Assembly: GCA_051294375.1 (NCBI GenBank)
Contig: CM119265.1
Span: 9,060,772 to 9,124,771 of the forward strand
Source of the DNA: Paraspadella gotoi
Lineage: Eukaryota; Animalia; Chaetognatha
Length of the DNA: 64,000 nucleotides
Direction: 5' to 3'
Position 1 is the first letter of the stretch; every line of letters begins with the position of its first letter. The notes beneath the pieces are model-generated. The model was not told the origin of the DNA. It saw only the letters and a program-made list of their open reading frames with translations, and did no database searches. Of the stretch, positions 25,449 through 36,094 are shown piece after piece. Position numbers and translations under genes: made by a program.

Positions 25449-26312
25449 GACGATGGATTTAAGCTCCTTTCTTTCTAAGAAAGAGAGAGAGAGAGAGAAA
25501 AAGAGTGAGAGTCTCCTTTGGATTCACACCATTTGAACTGTGTGAGAATAGGATTCTGTAAGAGAGAGAGATAGAGAGAGTCACAGAGAGAGAGAGAGCA
25601 GGAATGACGTTCCGACGAACGGAGAAGAGGAGGAGCACATAACACGGCTTTTCGTGTATACGCAGGAACGGAGAATCGAGATGGAGAGAAGAACAAGAAA
25701 AAAAAATTAACCGGGAGACCAGAGCCAAAAAACCAACGAGGCCCCGACCCTGCATTTTTAAAGGGCACTTACAGAGCCGTGCTCGAGGAAATTACAAGAG
25801 GAGAGAGAAAGAAAGAAACGCGATATTTATCTCTGGAATAGAAAAATAAGAAATGAAAGAGGAAAGAAATATGCTTGTAGTTGAACAGAAGATCATCGGT
25901 CAGAGACATGAATGAGCTTCTGTGAAAGAGAAAAAAAATGAATGTTCAGTTCGAAATTCCACCACTAGAGGCGCTCTAAGTCGTCGCTCTTAACCTAAAT
26001 CTTGTAAAGACAAAATAACAACAAATTTCCTGCTATGGTCTTATAGAGAACTGTCATCATCGATTCAAAAAAGAGCTTTGAGCCTCGACCGGCTTTCGCC
26101 CCGGGGCGATCAACATGCGATCTTAAGCCTTAAGGTCGTTACGTTCGGTCATCATTTTTTGATTGGTCACTGGTCAGGTCCCATGTCTTTCGGATCAAAT
26201 TCTCCTGAAATGAAGTAAAGAGATCACAGAACTGTGGCAGTGTGGCGTTATATAGTATAATTTTCGCCAAGGAAGAATATAAGAATATAAGAAAAAAATA
26301 AAAAGATAAAAA

Positions 26313-26313
26313 A

Positions 26314-26389
<76 letters not shown>

Positions 26390-26391
26390 AA
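26313..26391. repeat. (AAAG)n microsatellite
   Basis: Perfect tetranucleotide array; a similar (TTTC)n array lies at ~49870-50017. Confidence 0.9.
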
Positions 26392-27019
26392 TGATGAAAC
26401 CGCCAACCGAATTTTTCTTTAGCCGCATGGAATCTTTTATGCCTCTTCTCGTTACGGATTCAGCTTCCATCATCATGAATTCCATTTCGCGGATCCTTGG
26501 CATTTTTACATTTTTGGATTCTGAATCTGGGTTTTTATTTTTCCCATTATATCCGATTTGATGGTGAAAAAAAAATGTTGTTTCTTTCGGTTTTTTAAAA
26601 CAAAATTTTGTGAAAAGAAAACGATAGTGGATCTCAATTTCAATAAATTATAAGTTTCGCTCGAGAGTTCAACGATCCGAAGACATAAAAATTGGAATGA
26701 TACGAAACAACAAGAACCGTTTCGGTTTTAAAATTGTTTTCCTCACATAAAATATTAATTTTATTAAAAAAACAATTAAAAAAAACAAAAAAAAACTTAC
26801 CTCTCCTTTTTGCTAATATCTCCCCTCCGTTCGACACATTCAAAATATCGTTTTGTAATTAATCAATATTCTCTATTATTTCCTTTCTTTCCCAATGACA
26901 ATTTCCCTACCCTAAGGCTTAAGCTCAACCTCTTAGAATACATAACTTCCCTCCTCCTCCAACCGAGATCTCAATCCACTCCTCAAACCTCCCACGAACC
27001 CGCGACCTCTTCATCCATC

Positions 27020-30000
27020 ATGACCCCGGCCACGGAGCTCCGCTATTACGACGAGGGCCGCGCCTGCGATTCCGTTCTCTGTTCTCATCCCAACTGTTGG
27101 GCGCCGAAGCAACGCCTCTCGTGGGGAGAAAGTCGCGTCGTCGTCGTCGCCAAAAAATCCGACGATCGAAGAAGCGGGTTGGCGGGCGCCGCTGCCGGCG
27201 CTGCAGCCGCGTGGATGGCGGATCCTCCCGAGGCGCCGCCTTGGGGCTCCGCGCGCCTCTCTCGGTCGGCGACGTCGCTGTCGGGACCGGCCAAGGGTCC
27301 CGTCGGCACTGAAGGCACGGCGCCATCTTCGCCGCCGAGAACGAGACGCGCGGCGCCGACACGCGACGATACATTGACGTCGGAGGCGTCGTCCGGTAGC
27401 GACGCCTTCGGTTTCGGCGCCGGATTTCGATCCGCCGGCGCCGGGAAGTCGGGCGTCGACGCCACTGGGTGGAGGAGAGCGTCGACGTCGGCGCCGACCA
27501 CGGGGAAGGCGTCGACCGCGAGAGGGACGAAGGTTGGCCGTCGTTGTTGTCGTTGTTATTGTTGTTATTGTGATAAAAGAAATGGTAATGGCGGTAGAGG
27601 CAGTTGTAATATAGATAATTATGATATTGAATATCTGTGTCATTAATATCGCGACACAATAAATTACAACAACCCTCACGACCGCCTTACCCCTTCAGAT
27701 CAACACTCGCCCCTCCCTCGTCTACTCCCGCGGGACGACAATGTCCGGCGCCGCGTCTCGCGACGCCGCGTCTCGTCAGGCGGCGTCGCGATCCACGGCG
27801 TCTCCCGCGGCTCCACTCACGATCGTCAACGTCGCCGAAGTCGCCGAAGGTAGATTATCACCTTTCTTTGTTTTATTTATGCATTATTTATTTTTATATA
27901 ATATATATATATAAAATAGTTCTTAAAATTGGGTTATTACAAATTTAAATTGTTAGATTTCTTAAAATTTGGGTCATTAAAAAACAGAGTTTAGTTAAAT
28001 TTATCCCAGAAAAAATATTTAATGGGGCCCACCAGTTCCTCACAAAACAATCATAATTAATAATATTTACCGATTTGTCAAAAACCTGATGATGCTTAAC
28101 CGACTCCTCAACCGCCAACGTGATAGCTAAACATTGTTTAGTAAACAACGTCAAATATGACGATGAACGACCCACAGACGACAATAAAACCAATAACTTC
28201 TTTTATTTCCGCAGACGAGTCTCCGGGTTTTCCGATGGAAGTTCGATTCAGCGAATTCGTTAAACCGGAACAGAATTCACGTCAAATCGAAGCCTCCGCC
28301 TCCGAAGAGGACTACGACGACATTGACGACGACGACGACGATGAATTTGGATCTAAACATTCGTTGGATCAAGAGAGAATGTTCTCAGCTTTTAAGAGGT
28401 GAGAACTGGTGAGAACTGGTGAGACAAACGTCTGACTAATTTAAGAAAAAGAATTGCGTTTATTTAATTATGATTTTTATGTATTGTGGCAGATAAGAAA
28501 AAAAGTACGATCGTAATTATTGAACAATCTATAACGAAACTAACAAACTCCAGATCTACGAACACGAAATACAAACCGAACGGAGAGTTGAAGACGTCGA
28601 CGGTCCGCTGCGGCATCGTTACGATGCTGCCACCTGTCGTCGCCGAGAACGCCGCCGTCAACAAACACTTCCTTCAATGGGCCGAGACGCTGCAGAGGAT
28701 CACGGGGTGCTTGAGGTCATATCGTTTGGTTAACCTCAACCAAGTCAAGAAATATATTACTTTTTTTTAAACTAATTATTAAGTTTAGAAACTCTCGTTT
28801 TATTAAAATTCCGATTTCTTGATTTATTGAACGAAATATAAACAGGGAGGTCACATTTACAGGAAAGAAAAGAATCGAAGTCATCGACAAGATTTTAAGA
28901 CGAAAAATATTCAAGAAAGAAATTCCAAGATGGCGACCATGAAGAACCAGGTGAGTGTCATGCTTTTAGGACAACAGGAACGACAAAGACTGAGATAAAA
29001 ATACTCAACAAACTTATGAAAATTTTTTGGAAAAATATGTCGATTAATCCAACTGTTTTTCTCCGCCCCCTTTTTCTTCTCCTCTATTTCTTCATTCTTC
29101 GTTTACGGACTCAGAATCATCAATCCGAGGATTACGGGTGAGTAACCTTCTCACAAAAGGGTCACCAAATTTCTCGTATGAAAATAATGTTTTTAAACTC
29201 ACTACATTTTGACCCACATCACTCTTATTGTTTTCCCCCACCAAATTTACCTTCCACTCTCATGGCTTTCACTTTCGCTTCTCCTTTCACTCTCTTTGTC
29301 CATCACTCTCGCTTCCGCTCCTCACTTCCGCTCCTCACTCCGCGCTTCCCACCTCCGCTTCTCCTATGATTTCCGCTTCACAAAGCGACGACTCCTCAAT
29401 TCGTTCGTCGGCGATTCACGACTTCGCCCTTCATTACGGCCGCTTCAAGAACAAAAACAACGACCACGCCGAAGACGACGACGTTTCGACGAACGATTCG
29501 GCCTTCATGTCGCCGAGTCACGCGTCACGGGTCCAAAATTCGCGTTTCCCGGCATCGCGCCACTCGGGGAGGCGCTGGTCACGTCCGCCACCCACTTCGG
29601 CGCCGCGACAACCCCCTCGAGCCTTGACTCCTTCGCCCGTCTCTCCCGCTCCCCCTCAACCCGACGGTCCACTCGCCGATCGCTCCTCCGGCCGACACGC
29701 CTTTCCCGCTCGGTCCCCTACCCGACACTCGACTCGCTCCCCCTCCCGACGTTCCGCCTCGCCGTCTCCCGTCCTCGCCCCAATCCTCTCCGCCGTCCGA
29801 ACGGGGTCGCCCACTCCCGCCCGACTTTCCGCGCCGTCGCCCGTTCATCGAGCGTCTTCGACCCCCGGTCGTTTCGTCGGGCGCGTGCCCGATCGGCCAC
29901 GGCCGACTCGTGCCGTCTCGCCGGTTCGTCATCGGCCGACGTCGGGTTTAGAAATCAAGGGGACTGCGCCGGCGCCGGTGCCGGCGCCCGCTCGTCCAAC

Positions 30001-30801
30001 GATGGTAGGCATCACCATCCCGGCGCCTACGTATCGACGGTCGCCGGTTGAGTCGACACCGGCGTCGTCGGCTGATCTCAACGCGGCGCCGTCGTTGATG
30101 GAACCGATAATACCGGCGTCGACGAAGACGACGACGAAGACGACGAAAGCGAAGAAGTCAAAGTTGAAAATGGGCGGCGCCAAAGTTGGTCGCGAAAGTC
30201 AGTTTTGGGAAAAGATCACACGTTTGATTTTTTTTCTTTTTTAGCTTTTTTTTCTTATTATTGTTTTTTATTCTGTTTACACTTACAACGTCATCGAGAC
30301 TTGCTTTTTTTTCGGTTTGCTTTGATAAAGTTTGGATCAATTGTCTCGACGATTACTTTGAAATTCTAATAAGTTTTTTAGAAAATGCTTAGGAACAATT
30401 TTTTTATCACTACTACTGGATTTGATTAGTCTAAAACTTAATGTTTTAGGAACCGTTAATATCCGACGTAAAGGTCTTACATGTATACAATTTATGAATA
30501 CATTCTAAAATAACTAATGATTCAACTAAAATACAGTTAAACTAAACTAATAATATAACGAGTATCGACCATCGTCGAGAAAATTAAAATAAAATAGCTC
30601 CAGTTTTTTTACCAAATTTTGTATACCAACCACTTCAGGTTTCCGCCCGCCGACGAATGGGTTCCCGGGCGACATCGAACGAAAGGGCAAGGCGTGAAGA
30701 AGGCCGCCGCTCCTACTCGAAGAGTCATCGACGAAACCGGCGTCGATATCGGCGCCGTTTTGGTCACCAAGGGACTGATGACGAGACAGGCCCTCGAATG
30801 A
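27020..30801 (+). CDS. Uncharacterised, largely disordered protein with a C9orf43/DUF4647-like N-terminus
   Basis: Exons ~27020-27532, 27699-27849, 28215-28398, 28554-~28706, 28846-28950, ~29115-29137, ~29383-30183, ~30639-30801, with GT-AG borders where traced. The N-terminus DEGRACDSVLCSHPNCWAPKQRLSWGESRV and later PLTIVNV resemble the recalled C9orf43 motifs (C..VC.HP.CW...R...G..R; LTVVDI). Phasing of the internal exons is uncertain. Confidence 0.7.
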
Positions 30802-31192
30802 AAAGCTGGGCGTATTACATGATCGATCTTCGGATTAACCTTTTCACGAAACCGTACTAAGTACTAACCAGTAACCACGATCTCGTTATTGTCCCGTATT
30901 TCTAATAATAAATGTATTTATAACAAAACCATTTTTTTGTCTTTGTTTAGGAAGAATTTGTAGATAAATCCCAGTTTACAAGGAATGTTTCTGTCTGAGT
31001 TTACTTTAAAAATTGTAACATTCTCTGACGGCTAAGAATTGACGGGCTGAGAAGAACTGTGAGAAAAAGTCAAATCTCAACAATTAGAGAATCAATTATG
31101 TAATTATAGCAGTTTAGAAAAAGTGCGGTATTATGCATTAATATTAAAATTTATCTATCATCTGAATATCGTAAAAAGGAGCGAAATAGTTT

Positions 31193-31579
31193 TCACAAAC
31201 TTGGTTGCTTTAATAAAAGCGACAAAGAACTAGTTAAAACAGTTAAAAGGGTTACTAAATAAAAAAACAAAAGAGCAACTGTGTACGTGTACAGGTACCG
31301 CTCTGCAGTAAATGAAGACAAAAGACTATCGCTTTTCGTGTCTCCAAGTGTATCCAAGTTCCCTGACCATTCTGGGCCATGTGACGTTGAACACGCGACG
31401 GACCGTAACATTTCTGGCAGGCGATCGAAGGCGTCATCCAAAATGTAGTCCAAATGTACTTTTAAATATTTCTTAAAAACAACCTGCATGCTTTGAATTA
31501 ATAATCGGAAAACCGCATGAAAAAATAAGATATCGGAAATAAAAATTATCGTAGGTACGGACCGTTTCCACTTATTCAT
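31193..31579 (-). CDS. Possible small intronless membrane protein (128 aa)
   Basis: ATG-initiated, non-repetitive ORF with two hydrophobic segments, divergent from and ~90 bp upstream of the NSUN7 start; no family recognised. Confidence 0.3.
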   Translation of the reverse strand: MNKWKRSVPTIIFISDILFFHAVFRLLIQSMQVVFKKYLKVHLDYILDDAFDRLPEMLRSVACSTSHGPEWSGNLDTLGDTKSDSLLSSFTAERYLYTYTVALLFFYLVTLLTVLTSSLSLLLKQPSL

Positions 31580-31668
31580 TGTTGTTTAATTGATTTATTT
31601 GGATATGTATATTTGGAAAATTGTCTTTCAGCTTGGACACTTTCACCGGAACAAATTCACTATTCAAA

Positions 31669-34600
31669 ATGGAAAAAGTTGACACAGCTGTCCGCCATCA
31701 GGTTTCATAAAGTTTACCACTCGGAGATTTGAGTTAGGGAAAGTCATAGAAAATAGACTTGACGAGAAGATAACTAAGACAGTTCCCGAATTATCAAATG
31801 AATAAGTTTTTTTTTATTAAGATGGTGAGAGAACACAAAGAAGCTATGGAATCCAAAGACGAAGATCAAATGGAAGACGGTGAAGGAAAAGAAAATGGTT
31901 CGTTTCTTTTTTTAAATTATACAAATAAATGTTTTTGTTTCAAAGAGTTTATTATATCTCTTGTTTGTTTTCAGTATCTCAGATGAACATTTCAAAACCG
32001 GAATCTCCGAAAGGTATTCTTGTATTTTATTGATTGACGGAATATAATTTTTGAAAGTTTAAATAACTTTTAAAAACTTTTCAGATGTGTTAAGAATTAT
32101 TCAAGCTATCTAAAATAAATAGTTTTACATTTGAGGAAGCAAATTCATTGAATTTAGATCGAGAAAAAAATTGCAATTCCTGGCATGACTGCATTCGGTG
32201 TATTTATTCGCTTTTATTTTATTTTATTTTATTTTTACATATTTTTTTCATATCCATTAAGTTCCGCAAAGGACGATCAGACTGAACCCTAAACCCTACG
32301 TTTCAAAAGTTGGCGCGTCTATGTTTAGAAAGGAACCATCTCTTTATTCGCATCAAGTTTACAAACAAGCTGGAAAGGTCAATTTTGAACCCTATTTTAA
32401 TAGTCTGTTTTATTAAAGTTTAATTATTATTACTTTGTTCAATTATGTTTCCCACAGGTTTTTCAGGCGTTAAAACATGAGGACTTGGCGGAGGGACAAG
32501 AGCAAGGCGCTCAGGTTATTATGAAATATTTATTGATATAAGATTAATACAGTACCTTATCTTTCAAACCTTTGCGCGGCTTCAAATTCTATTGTGGCAA
32601 TTCTTTGTTTGCGTCATTTCATGTTAAAGAAAAAAATAAAAAGTAGCCTAAAGTTTAATTCCGCTTTGATTTAGTTTATTCGATGTTACTAATACTAATA
32701 GCCGGCCGCGTGTAATTATGAAAGACATTAGTCGAATAGGAATCTGGGCTCGAGAAAAGAAAGCACAAAGATTTATTGAAATCGCTTTCAACTTTTTTGC
32801 TTCCTTTGTTTTTTTTTTCGCTTTGATAACTTTGTACTTTTCAGGTGGTGCATGTGAAAGAAGAGGTAATGAGTTTCACCTAAACATAATCGTTGATGTG
32901 GTGTGGTGTATGTAATAAAATGTATCCAATAATTCCAACATTATACCTCTTTGTAAAATATTTTATGAAATTGTTACAACCAATATAAAGACTATTTTCC
33001 ATTACTGTACATAATTTCTAAACTTAATTTTAACCCAAATATTTAGCCAAAATTTCTTACCAAATACTAAACTAAGTCCTTAACCCTAATGAATAACCCT
33101 TATACCTAACCCTAACCTTATCCCTAACTCTAATCCCAAACTATCCCTAATCTAACCTCTAAACCTAACTCTAACCTAACTCATGTTCGGAATATGAAGC
33201 TATTTGTCAACATCTAAAAAAAATACATATTTTTTATATACCACGTTTGACCAACTAAAAATTGACTTTTCCTCAATCGTAAGTTATTTAACTTTTTTTC
33301 GAAGAAAAAGCCGATTCTATTTCAAACAGATGATGATGACAACGAGGTTCGTTGGCGATTATGATTTCATATGAGATTTTGTTATTCTATATATCTAGCC
33401 CCACCTGCGTACTAAATATTTCATGAAATTGTTACAACCAATATACAACCAATATACAAAGACTATTTTCCATTACTGTACATAATCTCTAAACTTAATT
33501 TTAACCCAAATATTTAGCCATAAATACCTAACCCTAACCTTATCCCTAACTCTAATCCCTAACTATCCCTAATCTAATCTAATCTAATCTAATCTAACTC
33601 ATGTTCGGAATATGAAAATATATTAAGCTATTTGTCAACATCTAAAAAAAATACATATTTTTTATATACCACGTTTGACCAACTAAAAATTGACTTTTCC
33701 TCAAACATAAGTTATTTAACTTTTTTTCGAAGAAAAAGCCGATTCTACTTCAAACAGATGATGATGACGACGAGGTTCGTTTGCGATTATCATTTCATAT
33801 GAGATTTTGTTATTCAGTTCAATTAGTGCGTATCTAGCCTCACCTGCGTACTAAAATAGTCGTCGTTTTCCACGTAGCAAGTTGTTACATGTACTTTTCT
33901 TAAAAGCATTGTCATCGATCATGTTTACATCCGAAAAGCAATGTAACAAAAACATATATAGTAAAAAGGTGAGTGAAGAATTTGTAATCTTGTAAAATCC
34001 TCCGTTTCTTTGTAATCAAAACAAAACGTCTTTTCTCCAAATGTTGCTTTTTTTTTTTATTCTTTTTTATTCGGTGGTAGACCCGACGTAAAGAACGGTT
34101 TATTTTTTCAATAATCTATACATTTTATCAAATTTTTTACTAATTGGTTAGCGTACATATAATGAAATTGGTACAACCAATATAAAATTATCCATTCATT
34201 TAATAAATAAGCTATCTTGCCCCTGACTTTGGACAGGCTTTGGTGTTTTAAGGCCTCCATCACTCCTACAAGATAATGACATAGCAGGTCCCTGCAAGTT
34301 TTCAATCAAGACTCTTTCACAGTCTCGTTTATTCACTCCCAGAGTACCTGGCTTCCCTATCAATGAAGTGGAAAATATTTCAAAGAATGTTTCAATTGTA
34401 TAATTTTAGAGATAACGCGACGAGACCCAAAAGTTTTAGCTAATGCGTTTCATACCAACTTTAACGTCTTGGGTTCACCTCTAAAAGGGTAGGACGACCT
34501 AGGTAAGCTTTCGTGAGATCCTTTTCAGTATACGTACTCTACTTTTTAACTAAACGTTCATACATTATGTGAATTTAAATTAGACAAATCTTTCTGGATA

Positions 34601-36010
34601 GCTTCTTCACTCAAGCCCATATTTTGCTCCTCGCACGGCTTTCAGGTGGCAGGGAAGCGTCAGGACAATTCAAAATCGGGCAATCTCGAAGACGGCTTTA
34701 TGAATTTCGGGAGTCAAGACGAGCGACGTTTCACCTTTGAACTCGCATTTTCAGCCCTCAAATGTGAGTCTTTCCTCGTTGTGTCTTTGTCGTTGCTCCA
34801 TGCTGTCAGGACATAAATTTGTTTTCCCGTAATAAAGGTCAAAACGGATAAGTGACGCTAAAAGCTCGAGAAATTTTTTCCTTTTAGTTGCGTTGCGAGT
34901 ATTCACGGGACAAATCTTTGAGTATCTTTTCGATCAGTCATAGGGACATTGGGTAATAAGTCGGTTACTATAAAAAGATTGAGAATTTATTTATTCTTGT
35001 TTAGTCATGTCAACACTTAAAGTTAGAAACGCGATCACGTATTATAACTAATAAAAAGTTACATCTCGGAATGAATTCTGTCAATTTGAGTCTATGATCC
35101 GTAGACCTTATAAAATATTATTTCTAGCATTAAACCTAAGCAGTTCATGGCGCAACGATTTGCATGGTCCTGCCTTAACTCCTTTAAAGTTTAATACACA
35201 ATAAAGGATTTGATGACATACTCTTGCACTAACCAATTTCTACATCTTTTTTACCATTAATCTATTTCCTATATATGGAACTAATAAAAAAAAGTCAAAT
35301 GCTTGGTTTACGAATTGACTTTTAACGCTCTGAAGTGTAAGTATGAAATATGAAGATCGTAGAGTTATCGCCGTATAGAAAGTTGTAGATAATGGATAGT
35401 CATTTATGGACTTAGTATGTACAAAGAAAGCGTTGAAATTTTTATGTACGGAAGCCTTGCTTAGAACGTTAATTAAGTTAATAATGTTATTTCTTTACTT
35501 CTTCCGAGCGGCGCTTCCGAAATATTTTGTGTGATTATGGTTAACAGTGCGTCTACTTTCAATAAATTGACATCATAGTCTTAAATATTTACGTTACATT
35601 TTACAGTTCAAACTTTGCTCGAAACAATGTTGGATGATTGCGCGTTCTTTGGTCATTTCCCGGAGGTAAAAAAAAATTTAGTCTTATTTAAATCAGTGGC
35701 CGCCCAATACATGTAAATCACTTTCAAGGCTTAAACTGAACAGTTACTGCGGCTCTAATATCATTTTGGTACTGAAAAAATACTTTATAAATGAAAACAA
35801 TATTATTTTTGTTTCGATATTTGATATATGATAAGAAAATAAAAATCTAAAGACACAACAGACAGAAGAGTCAAAACTCAGAACCCGGTTTGCGTTTTAA
35901 GTTGCGCGACGAACATGGGACGGTTATGGTGATGCTGTTCGTTTTCAAAACCGAAAATTTCAACGCCGAAGTCCCAAGGAAGACGAGGAAATTATTCCGT
36001 TATATGTCCA

Positions 36011-36094
<84 letters not shown>

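Noticed and set aside
27011-27679. Long antisense ORFs over GC-rich exons (also 29579-30183, 48913-49344)
   Set aside because: Shadow ORFs of GC-rich coding sequence on the opposite strand.
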